From Macrostomum lignano (Eukaryota): 64,000 nucleotides of DNA. The stretch lies in the NCBI GenBank assembly GCA_002269645.1, contig NIVC01000652.1, positions 62,001 through 126,000 of the forward strand. The letters are read 5' to 3'. Both the position numbers and the translations under genes were made by a program. Below are positions 53,169-64,000 of this stretch, piece by piece (within the stretch, counting starts at the first letter, position 1; each line of letters starts with the position of its first letter). The notes beneath the pieces were generated by a model, which was not told the DNA's origin, searched no databases, and worked only from the letters and a program-made list of their open reading frames with translations.

Positions 53169-56100
53169 GTGGACATCCTGCAGCTTAACCTGCACCACTG
53201 CATCGCGGCCTCGACCAACCTGATGCGGGTGGCAAACTTTGCGAAACCGGGCATCATCCTACTCCAGGAGCCTTGGACAAAGAAAGGTAAGATTCCGAAT
53301 ATTCCTGCTGGTTTTGACTGTTTTCAAGACCCCCAAAACCCCAGAGCAGCCATTTTCGTATTTACCCACCTCAAAGCTTGGCACAGACCGGACCTCTCTG
53401 ACAGAGACCTCTGTGTCATTCAGTCCAACCACATTATCACCAAAAGCACGGTCATCATCGCCTTGATCTATATCCCTGGCGATGGCCCCGCGGTTCCACC
53501 TAACCTCACCTCCCTCGTGGACTACTGCTCTAACCGTAGGTTCGAGCTGCTGGTGGCGGGCGACATCAATGCTCACCATACCCACTGGGGTAGTAATGCT
53601 TCCAATAGCAGAGGCGAGGAACTCCTTGCTTACATCTGCACCACCAATACTGAGTTTTGCAACATTGGTGGAACCCCCACCTTTGACAATGGGCGATGGA
53701 CGGAGGCCCTCGACGTTACCCTAGTCTCCCATAGCTTGGCTCCTTTAGTCAAGGACTAGGAGGTGTGGGACGAAGAGGAGTCTCTGTCTGACCATCGCTT
53801 CGTTCGTTTTCGTTTGCAATCCTCTTGCCCCAAGCCTCACATTCTGTGGAAAAGGAACGTCCGGAACACTGATTGGACGGCTTTCACAGAAACCCTGAAA
53901 TGCCAGACAGATCAGCTGACTACCGTCACTCCAACCACCTGTCAGGAAGTGGATGACCTTGCAGACTTGCTCAGCAAGACCGTCTTGACAGCCCATGAGG
54001 CTTCCTGTCCTCTTAAAGCCTACAAAGGCAAAAAATCCGCCCCCTGGTGGCACCCGGCGCTCGGATCCCTCCGGCGCAAGGCAAAGTGCCTCCAACGGAA
54101 AGCTCGCAAGAGCAAGGACCCAGCTGACCTGGCCGCTTATCAAGAAGCGATCCGCGACTTTAAGCGTGAAACCAGGAAAGCCAAGTCCGACAAATGGCGC
54201 CAATACTGCGCGGAGTTAGAAGCCACCCGCCCTACTTCGCGCGTAGTTAAGGCTCTCACCCTCGACAAAATGTCAAAGCTCTCAGTCATTAAAAGACCGG
54301 ACGGCCGGCTCGCTGAGAACCCTGGGGAATCGCTGGACATTATGCTCACCAGCTCTTTCCCACGTGCCGCACCGCAGCTAGGCCCACCGGACCACTCTCC
54401 GGGCGGACAGATCCTGGCTTCGACCATCATTACTAGAGAGAGGACGGCTCGCGCCGCAAAATCCTTCTCTCCTTTCAAGTCCCCGGGTCCTGACAACATT
54501 TATCCTGCCTTCCTTCATGAGGCAGTTAAAAATGACAGGTTTCTCGGCCTCCTCTGCAACCTCTTCAAGGCCAGCATTACCCTCGGGTATGTGCCAAAAG
54601 CCTGGCAAGAGGCTACGGTAGTCTTCATACCCAAGCCAGGAAAGGGAGACTATCACTCCGCCAAAGCTTACCGCCCTATCAGTCTGACGTCCTTCTTCCT
54701 CAAACTGATGGAACGGCTGGTGCTGTGGCGCCTTCTCCTCGTTGAGCTGAGGAACTCCCCGCTCTCCCCTAATCAGCACGCCTTTCGTCCTGGACGTTCC
54801 ATCGAAAGTGCGCTGCACGCCATTGTCGACAAGCTGGAGCGCGCCGTGCTTGGCAGTGGATACGCGCTGTCGCTTTTCCTCGACATTGATGGTGCTTTTA
54901 ACAATGTGCTCTTCGAAGCCTTTAAGCGAGCCCTGGAATCCCGGGGCACGCACGAGCACCTCACCCGCTGGATCATGTACATGGTCTCCCATCGTACTGC
55001 CACCTCGCACCTCCTGGGACACTCACGCTCCGTGGAAGTCCAGAAAGGCGGACCGCAAGGTGGAGTCCTCAGCCCGATCCTCTAGAACTTAGTCATGGAC
55101 GAGCTGCTTTGCAGCCCACATCCGGACCCTGTTCAGAAGGTCGGCTATGCGGACAATGTTACTGCCACTGTGGCTGGACCATCGCCCGCGGTCCTCAGGG
55201 ACCTCCTTCAAGCCTTCATCCACCGTGCCGAGCGCTGGGCACATAGCTGCGGTCTCAGGTTCTCTGAGTCTAAAACCGTGGCTATCATGTTCACCAGCCG
55301 CCGTAACTGGAGGATCGAACCGCTCTCCCTCTATGGCAAACCTGTTGCCATGGAGAAACAAACTAGATGTCTGGGCGTCACCCTCGACCACAGGTTGAGC
55401 TGGACCCCGCACGTCCAAACTAAAGCCCGCAAAGCTCTCGCGACTCTCGCGCAGATCCGCAGAGCTTTCGGTGCTACCTGGGGCCTCACCCCCGCCGCCT
55501 CTGGTGGATTTACACTGCCATTGTTAGACCGGCTATCTCCTTCGCCGGCTTCATTTGGAACAGTGCCCTAGAGGTGAAAGGGGTTCTTGAGGTTTTAAAA
55601 AGGGTGCAAGGCCGCGCTTGTCGAGCTATCATGAGCGTGGCTCCCTCAACGCCCTTCGCTGGCATGAACTCCTTCTTGGACATTCCCCCCCTCGACCTCT
55701 TTGTTAGAGGGGAGGCTATGAAAACCACCCGTCGCCTGCTTGCTGCGGGTGTCCAAATCCAGAAGCAGTTTGCCTTCAGAAAGCGGAACCTCCAGCCGCA
55801 TGGCGACCTCAGCCTGCGAGACCTGGAAGCAGCGAGAGGCCTGCTGACCCTCTCGGACGGAATCCCGTCCACACTCTGCCCCCCGCTCAAATTCAAAACC
55901 AGCATTCCACCACGCCATGAAGCGAGAGACAACTGGAAACCCCAGGAAATCCACTGCTTCACTGACGGGTCCCAAATCAACTCCGCCTCTGGATACGGCT
56001 ACTGCATCGTGTCTGGATGGAGAACTGTGGCGACCTTCTCCCAACACACCGGCACCTGTTCCACCGTCTTCCAGAACGAAGTTCTCGCCATCAGCTCCTG

Positions 56101-56872
56101 CGCCATGGAGCTGTACAATCAGCGCGTCTGGGGGAAGGAAATTACCCTCCACTCGGACAGTCAAGCGGCGATTCACGCCCTTGAGCGCACCATCACCTGC
56201 TCGCGTACAGTCCTCGACTGCATCGGGCAGCTCAACCGCCTAGGCGCCTCCAACAAGGTGTCCCTAAGGTGGATCCCCGGGCATTCGGGCCACCCCGGCA
56301 ACGAGCTGGCCGATCGCCTGGCTAAGGCTGGCTCGACCAGTTCTTTTACTGGTCCCCTGCCCGTGGCCCCCACCCCCATCGCCATTGTCACCACTCGGAT
56401 CAACCAGTGGGTGGCTTCTAAGCACAGGGAGAGGTGGGCTGACGCCCCCGACTGCCGGCAATCCCGCGCGGCTGTCCCCTGTCCCTCCCCCGCCCTACGC
56501 AGGGCCCTGCTTGGACTCAACCACAGGGACATCAGGGCGGTTACCATGGCCCTCTCGGGTCATGGCTGCTTTGCCAGGCATCGTTACCTCCAGGAGAAAA
56601 TCCGCAGTGAGGAATGCCCTTTCTGCCTCTCCGGTGTCGAGAATGCGGAGCACTTCATCTGTGAATGCCCCACCTTTACTCAGGACAGGCTCACCTACCT
56701 TGGCCCAAACCTGGACCTCTCCAACGTTTTCAGGCCCGAGAATCTCTGCCAGCTCGTCCGCTACCTAAGGGCTACCGGGCGAGCGACAATCCACCTCCTG
56801 GACTCTCCGGAGGGGGACCGCGCTGCGGACGCCGGCGCCACTGGAACTCTCTGTGCGACACCGCAGCACTAG
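53169..56872 (+). pseudogene. LINE ORF2: AP endonuclease, reverse transcriptase, RNase H, CCHC-like knuckle; two stops and one frameshift
   Basis: APE ILQLNLHH, LLQEPW, AGDINAHH, LDVTL, LSDHRF; RT KSPGPDNI, YRPISL, FLDIDGAFNNV, GPQGGVLSP, YADN, CLGVTLD; RNase [39 protein letters not shown]; [14 protein letters not shown]; TAG at 53757 and 55083, 1-nt deletion near 55495. Confidence 0.93.
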
Positions 56873-58164
56873 CTGCCCATGGTCGCCAGGGGTTAGCGAA
56901 ATGGGCGGCAACGCCTCCTCGCTGTTTCCGGATGCACGGAGCCCCCTGCAGCTAAGTCAAGTCAACCATGCCAGATTGCCTTGATTTGCCAATTGCCATC
57001 CACTGTTAAACTGCTGCAGAGTTTGCCAATACCTGAGGGCAGTGGTTAGAATTTCTCACTAAACTGTTGTGGCTAAACGTAGCCTCCATGGGGGTGCAAA
57101 GAAGGATATAAAGAAAGCTATTCCAAAACACTGTATATTTGCTATGTACATTCAGTCCTATCGCCTGACCCTTGGTCTGGCTCTAGGGGAATGAGTGAGT
57201 GAGTGGCACAAACAGAAAAAGCAGACAAACTTCATATGCTTACAGTTTCTGTCCTGATTGAGCTACAAAGTTGAGACTTTACATTTAGATAGAGAATGAG
57301 TCAATGAAAAATTTTGTTAAGTTTGAAGTCAATCGCTTCATGTGGAGCAAACTTATGGCAGCCAAAAGTTGGTCAATTTTGAAACCCTTTTACACATCTG
57401 GGCCCAGATCGGGAAAGAGAGGCAGGCGGGTGGAGGTTGGGGTGGCTGTCTTGCTGACAAAAAACAGCCTAACTTTAAAAGTGCACAGCGCTGTTCAGGA
57501 TTAACTTTGAAAATCGAAATTTTACACGATTGTGTCAAAAAAGTTTAAGATTGTCTGTGTCAAAATTGAAGAGGATCGGTAGAAGTGGAGTGGCGCTATG
57601 GAGGATTTAGTAAAAAAATTGCGCATTTTGAGCAGTTTTTTGCACTTTTAGGTGGGAAGACTCAAATTTAGGAAATTTTAAGGTAGCCTATGACACTTTC
57701 CGTAGTGAATTTAGGGTGGGTGCAAAAGTTGGTGTAATTTGGTTTAGCAGTTTGGGAGTCTATAGCGAAGTAATTTGTACACAGACACACAGAGTTTTGA
57801 TTTTTATAGTTAGAGAAGATATATATACTGTTTGGATTCAATAATTTTGTTCAAATAAACTTCGCCCTAAAGATGTCCAATTGTTGGACGAAATGCATCG
57901 GCAACTCAAATAAATAAATAACTAACTTCATGTTGATATTTACCTTTATTGATCTACTCTTCATCAAGCGAGCCACTTTACCTGATTTATATTATATATT
58001 ATTGCTATATATAATATATATAATATAATATAATATATATTATTGTAAAACTTATATTTATGCGTAAGGTTTTCCTTCTATTCTTGAACTTTTATTAAAT
58101 ACATCAATGTATACTGGCCAAACAGGCTTCTTCCTGCCTAAGCCAAACTTACTACCACTACTAC

Positions 58165-58622
58165 CCATAATCAGGAAGGTGGCATAGTATGCACCAGAAT
58201 AAATTTTTTGGGACAGTCTGTGTGCCATCTAAGTATCATTTGTACGCCGTAAGTGCCCTTATTTTACATATTTTATGTAAATTACATAATTTATATAATT
58301 TGTGTTATTTACATATTTTATGCAAATTATGTATTTTATGAAAAATTTACAAAATTCTTAGAATTCATGCAGACTCAATATGCTACGCCAGTTTTATGCT
58401 AATTAGGATTCTATTCTGATTCCTTATGCACCAGTTGTGCATAGCACCCCATATGTCAAGGACCTTACGTTCCGCATGCACTAGGGACCTCAGTGTGCGC
58501 CATGATTGTGCGCCGCATGCGCCAGGGACCTCAGTGTACACCATGATTGTGCACCAAGTGTGCCAAGGACCCCTTGTGCGCGCCGGAATTTTCCATGGCA
58601 AAAGCCACCTTCCTGACTATGG
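58165..58622. mobile_element. 458-bp MITE of the CCATAG-ended family
   Basis: TIR CCATA(A/G)TCAGGAAGGTGGC; flanks ACTACTAC and ACTGCTCC (6/8, degenerate TSD). Confidence 0.7.
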
Positions 58623-58879
58623 ACTGCTCCTAGAGATACCAGAAGTTACTTTTTTTAAAAGTACCACTACTAAAACAAGTGTTAGAAGTTACTTAGAAAA
58701 AGTAACTTGCCACATAATACTGCTTAACTTTTAGGTAAATAAATCAAGTCTAGATATTAGACTAGGTCTTAGAATAAAATTGAAAATCAATATAGACCTA
58801 AATCAATTAAATTTAAAATAATTTAAATTGGCAGCGCTTATTCCCACAGTAACGTAGGAATAATTTCTGTCTTATTCCA

Positions 58880-59492
58880 ATGGTACCGTGGGGATAATTT
58901 TCTGCTTATCTACATGGCACACTGACGAGATAGCTGCCCTATCTTCTACATTTTTTATATTAGAGGCAGGGGGATTGTGTGAACCCTGGCGCACTTTAAG
59001 CGACATAGGCACACAACCGGCAAAAGGCATTACTGCCCATTCCGCTGACTCCCCTGAGCAGGCACACAAGCGCGCAGATACGTATGCAAGCATACACTCA
59101 CACAGGAGTATACAGCAGCCCTAACTTTATTTTATTGTTAGGCATGTACACTTCACTGCACCTTGGGAGGTTGGCTCTCAAGGCCATTAATTGCATGAGC
59201 AGAGCCAAGCCGAGATTCAAATTCAGCCCCAAATTAATGTGACTGCTCTTGGAATCGAGCCTGGGTTGCTGGCACACCAGAGCAGCTGCACTACCACTGG
59301 GCTACGGCCCCCCTTGACGAGATAGCTGCCCCATCTTCTACATATGCCGTGGGAATAATTTTCTGCTTATCCGCATGGCACACTGACAAGATAGCTGCCC
59401 TATCTTCTACATATGCCGTGGGAATAATTTTTTGCTTATCCGCACAGCATACTGACGAGATAGCTGCCCTATCTTCTACATATGCCATGGGA
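58880..59492. repeat. ~69-bp tandem repeat interrupted by a SINE
   Basis: GACGAGATAGCTGCCCTATCTTCTACATATGCCGTGGGAATAATTTTCTGCTTATCCGCATGGCACACT at ~58880-58950 and 59316-59492; inverted partial copy at ~59782-59812. Confidence 0.8.
59126..59312 (-). mobile_element. tRNA-derived SINE (may extend to ~58950)
   Basis: Reverse complement GGGGCCGTAGCCCAGTGGTAG...CCCAGGCTCGATTCC: A-box- and B-box-like motifs with tRNA spacing, then unrelated body ending AATAAAATAAAG. Confidence 0.7.
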
Positions 59493-60122
59493 ATAATTTA
59501 GTACTTACAGTTTAAGTGCAGTATAACAACATAACTTTGCTTGGCCATTAGTTTTATAGAAGTAAATATTTAATTGCCTTTTTATACAAAAACACTTTTT
59601 GTATTTATGACATGTGATTTAAGGTAAATTGCTTTAGTAATTGTTTATAATTTGAATTTTTAGCAAAGTATAATCCCCAGATCATACCAAAAAGTGCATT
59701 GCCGCTTCTGTTGTAGATTTCTACTAGACATATAAATTAGCAATTTGTTTGTATAGATTATTGCATTGCTTCAACAATTCACCCTATCTCATCAGTGTGC
59801 CATGCGGATAAGCACTGCCATTTAAATGGTAACTGGTCATTTCGCCCATAAACCGTTTTGGCCATGGACATTTCGCCCCCAGCCCATTTCACCCACAGAC
59901 CATTTCAGCCATGGACTGTTTCGCCTCCAATTCGGACCAAATTGTACAAATTTGTACCTGATTATACAAATTAGTTTAAATAATTGACACACTTTTAAAA
60001 AGGATCGAATGACTTTAAAAATAAACAATAATAATAAAATAATAATAAAATAATAAACAAATTGCAATAACACAATAACACAATTGTTGTGGCAACAATT
60101 CAGATCCTATTTTATTACAAAC

Positions 60123-60600
60123 AAGCTGTTGAAACCCGCGGATTTTGAACCCGGGGAATTCCAATCCCCGGAACTACTTTTGCATGTATTCTGAAATCTA
60201 AGGCCATACACAAACAAAAACTTGTTAATAGTTCGTAGTATAGAGGTAGACATAAAATGGAGTACATTCGTGTAAAATTAGGATTTGAGGCAAACATTTG
60301 ATATTGTTGGCTGGGTATTGTGCAGAATGTCAGGCAATGTCTGTCTGACTCTAAAACATGTATTGGCAAACTCTGGCCTCTCCCTGACTCTCCCTATGTC
60401 CCTTGGATCCTTTAAAATTTCTATCGTCTCTTCTGTTTCCTTTCTTCTCTCTCATCCCTCGTCTCTCGTATCTTCCCTCATCTCTCATCTCTTTCATCTC
60501 TCTTGTCTTATCTCTTCCCTCTTCTTTTCTCTCTCCTCTCCTCTCTCCTCTCTCCCCCTCTTCTCTCGGGCTTCTCTTCTCTCTCTCCTCTCCCCTCTTT
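60123..60600 (-). mobile_element. 3' fragment of the Helitron-like element
   Basis: CAAGCTGTTGAAACCCGCGG at 60123, conserved 3' segment and CT-rich stretch. Confidence 0.8.
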
Positions 60601-60879
60601 TCTGGGCTTGTTCTCCTAAGGCACTTGCACTCGATCTGGCCTGGGCAGAGCTACCTGTGTTGTCTGCTTCCTCTGTGCTATGTGATGTTCCTGCTTCAGC
60701 CGCATTGCTTTGCCTTGTAGATCTCTATAGTCTAGCTGCAGCAGTGAAACGACCCAATGCGCTTTTCTTTGGGGGCATTTGAATTTTAAAGTGCCTTTAA
60801 ATAGGACTTAGTGTTACAAATTCTATTTTGTGTGATTAAAACTAAAAATTAGCATTGAAAAAAGAAATAAAGATATATG

Positions 60880-62418
60880 CCATAGTCAGGCACACCTCTG
60901 AAGGGGAAAATTCCCGCGCACACAAAGGGTCTCGGCGCACATTGGCGCACAAGCGTGGCGCACACTGAGGTCTTTAGCACATGCGGCGCATAATTGTGGT
61001 GCATAAGGTCCCTGACATGCATGAAAATTGTAATGCAAAGCAACAATTTTACGTAAAATAAAGGAGATTTGTATAGTCTAGAAAGTCAGTGATAAACTTG
61101 TTGCTTCTCTAAAATCAACAGTAAATAAAATTAGTAAAAATTATCGCTAAGAACGTAAATTTTGCATTATTCTATTTGTAGGTATAATTTAAGTTTGTTT
61201 AAAATGCAAATATGCGTAACATTTCAAAAAGACTTTTTGTACGAAAGCCTTTCTTAGAAAACTCTACTTGTGAAGAGTGGCACACAAACGGCGCACAAAT
61301 GGCGCATAGATGGCGTATAGACGGCGCACAAATTGTCCCAAAAAAATTATTCCGGCGCACACTGTGCCACCCCATAGTCAGGATCATGGCATGGGTACGC
61401 TGGAATAAAAAGTCGGTAAAAAAAACTGGTATGCCATGTATGCCAAGATCGGAACCCAGGGGTATGCGAACGGACCGGGGGAGGGGAGGGGGTAGTGCAC
61501 ATGAATGGAAGTTTCAATAATAGTCCATTAAATAATAACAGAAGTTTAAAATAATGTAAAAGTCAAACTTCAACTCAACAAAGTTTTCATTTGTGTTGAA
61601 AGTTCAATGACTTTAACGAAAGAAAATTAGCACCAGAAAAAACTTTTTTCTTTTTTTTCAGTTTTAAAAAACAGTTTTTTAAAAATAAATGTGATGCATT
61701 AGGATTCGGGATATTGTGGGTAGGCAGGGCCCAATGCCCACGGTGGTGGCGTGGTGTATAATTGTGTTGCATGCCATGGGGTACTTTCTCTAAACCGTAG
61801 TATGCCATATACGCCGAAATTGGCCTAAAATTTCCCTGTGTATACCAGCATTTTCCGAGTAAAATGCATCATCCTAACTATGGGCCAGTGTGCGGATAAT
61901 GTACCTGTGTATGCCGGAAAAAAATTTGGGCATCAAGGACTTTGTACACCAAAAACAAAAAGTTGCACTAAAATGTACACAAAAAATTCCTAAAAAAGGT
62001 CATTTGGTTTTCACGAATAGAGTTTTCTAAGAAAGGCTTTCATATGAATTAAAATATTACAAATATTTCCAATTTAAACAAACTTAAATTATACCTACAA
62101 AAAATATGATGCAAAATAAAATTTACACTAATTTTATTTATTTTTAATTTAAAAGAAGCAAAAAGTTTATCACTGACAATATAAATTTTCTTTACTTTAT
62201 ATAAAAACGTTAATTTACATTACAATTTTCATGCACAGCATGAATTTATTCACCAAAATTTGTATGCCAAAAAGTATGCGTGGCTGTGTACACCAATAGT
62301 ATACGCCAACAAAGTGCGCCAGGGGTTGTGTACGCCGATTGTGTACACCAAGGACTTAGGGTGGCCATTTTGTACGCCGGAAAAGTTCCAGCGTACATGC
62401 ATACCATCCGCAACCTGG
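60880..62418. mobile_element. Long-armed inverted-repeat element (CCATAG/CCAGG family) with an inner MITE at 61372-61883
   Basis: 61000-61300 is a diverged reverse complement of 62000-62245; inner TIR CCATAGT(C/T)AGGAT(C/G)AT; TSDs not clear. Confidence 0.6.
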
Positions 62419-63891
62419 ACTGTGTGGCTGTATCTCTAAAATACATAATCACCATTTTGGCTGAAACGCCTGTTGCCAAACTGGTTTATGGGCGAAATGG
62501 ACTATGGGCGAAATGGTCTAGGGGCGAAATGTACATGGCCAAAACGGTTTGGGGGCAAAACAACCGGAATTCATTTAAATTACCACTATGTCTACGCAAT
62601 GAAATTTTAATACTTTGAAAAAGTGTTATATCTTAAGTCTCCAATATGCCATCTCAATTAGTAATTACAAGCAGTTTACTGCTTTTTCATAAAATTCAAA
62701 CTTATGACTATGTAATGTTAGGCTTAGGGCCATTTGTATAGGGCCATAGTGTTAGGCCTATACAAAGTAGTCAAGACAATAATACAATATTACCTGTATA
62801 ATGTAAACAGAGAGTTTTTTAGTCCTCCATTAAGCTTGATAGCTTCCCGTAACCGATTTAGCTTTTCAATGTATTTAGCCATTAAGCCAGTAAAAATTAT
62901 CAAATCAGAAATGAGACAATGATGTCTTAAATACAGGAAGAGCTGGATTACGCCTAATTCAGCTTTTCATGATAGAATTCATGCATTAAACGAAACATTA
63001 AATTCAATTTAGGTCCTAAATTGCTTCCAAAAGATGCCCTAGAAGACTATTTTATTAAATGCAATAATTTATAAAAACTGTTTAGGCACCTTAAAGGTAT
63101 GAAACATATACTATTAAGTTGATTACCACTTTTGTTTGAAACACCTCTGGCTTCGTTCAATGCCGGAAAAATAAAAGATTTCGACCTGTTAAAAGCACTG
63201 AGTTATATAATAAATGTTATTTTTTATTTTTTTGTGTTTGTTTCTGAAGTCAAAAATGTATTCTTGAACAGATTATGAAAAAAATTTAAAATTTTGTTTT
63301 AAATTGATATTTTCTAAACTTTCAAATATATTTTACGTTACATTTTTTTCGACTAATCAATCCATTTATTAAAGTTCTTATCAGTCATAGTTTTGCTAGT
63401 GTGACGATGTAGTTTAGAGCATTAAACTTTAATTTAACTTAATAAGGGCCCTTAATTTACCACTTCTTCAAAGTCGTTTTTTACACGAAATTACACTTGT
63501 GTCTTCATTTCATATAGCTATTAGCAGTAATTAGCTATACATATTACATATAGATCTATTAGCTATAAAATACAACCAGAACTTATAGACGACTTGCTAC
63601 TTTCTACTAGGGATTGCGAGATCCAGGTTTTTGAGATCCTTGGATCCAGGATTTAGTTGTTGAATTTTGCCAATCCCAGGATCAGAAAAGTACTGATTTT
63701 TAGGTTTCTGGATAGAGGATATCTTATTTTTAAGGTGAAATAGGCCTATGCCTGTACTAAATGTTTTTTTGCCTTCATTAATGATTTTATAGAATAATGA
63801 TCTATTTTAGGATGAAAAAGCATTTTTGTGACATTTAAACAAGTTCAAAATGAAAATAGTAAATAAAGTAAAGTAGTTATTATGTGGTCAT

Positions 63892-64000
63892 CCAGGTTGC
63901 GGATGGTATGCATGTACGCCGGAACTTTTCTGGCATACAAAATGGCCACCCTCAGTCCTTGGCGTACACAATCGGCGTACACAACCCCTGGCGCACTTTG
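63892..64000 (+). mobile_element. Left end of another CCAGGTTGCGGA-type element, cut by the window end
   Basis: 63891-64000 is the near-perfect reverse complement of 62310-62419 and is homologous to the start of the 4743 element (GCATGTACGCCGGAA, GGCGTACA motifs). Confidence 0.7.

Larger units (their letters stand above)
51047..56963 (+). mobile_element. Near full-length non-LTR retrotransposon (I-group, LOA/R1-like, RNase H-bearing), 5917 bp
   Basis: 13-bp TSD AACCATGCCAGAT at 51034-51046 and 56964-56976; two ORFs; short (AAGTC)n 3' tail. Confidence 0.93.
48984..57816 (-). mobile_element. Inverted copy of the Helitron-like element, split by a LINE (48984-51046 and 56964-57816)
   Basis: CAAGCTGTTGAAACCCGCGG at 48984 is the reverse-complement 3' end; TTTTTATAGTTAGAGA ending 57816 is the reverse-complement 5' end; CT-rich core ~49270-50690. 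Confidence 0.8.
59828..62572. mobile_element. MULE-like foldback element with CATTTCGCCC-motif arms hosting nested insertions
   Basis: Inverted motif arrays 59836-59925 and 62470-62565; CATTTAAAT duplicated at 59819-59827 and 62572-62580 (8-9-bp TSD). Confidence 0.7.

Noticed and set aside
51659-56955. Minus-strand ORFs over the LINE and over GC-rich exons
   Set aside because: Antisense shadows of GC-rich coding sequence
63608-63690. TAGGGATTG hAT-like terminus
   Set aside because: No convincing partner end or TSD

Overview
Eukaryotic (animal) genomic DNA. The mix of GC3-rich exons, minisatellite-filled introns and AT-rich TE zones resembles a flatworm such as Macrostomum; this is an inference only. 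Genes: the 3' end of a MARF1/Limkain-b1 LOTUS gene (175-2011,+); a Q-rich C2H2 zinc-finger gene (12757-17327,+); a 10-exon Venus-kinase-receptor-like RTK (signal peptide, Venus flytrap, TM, insulin-receptor-type kinase; 18849-28509,+); DNAJC2/ZRF1 (31356-38039,+); and one NDUFA12 exon (39858-40197,-) whose 5' exon I could not find. All exon structures were assembled by hand from GT-AG phases and close in frame. Every intron longer than 600 nt in the gene island carries its own private tandem repeat, often abutting or containing splice-site sequence. Two TE zones flank the island. 4.7-12.4 kb holds nested MITEs, a decayed intron-containing Mutator (MULE) transposase and a DIRS/Ngaro gag-like relic. 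40.7-64 kb holds head-to-tail Helitron-like elements with polypurine cores, a near full-length APE-RT-RNaseH LINE with a 13-bp TSD inserted in an inverted Helitron copy, a tRNA-derived SINE and nested foldback elements.
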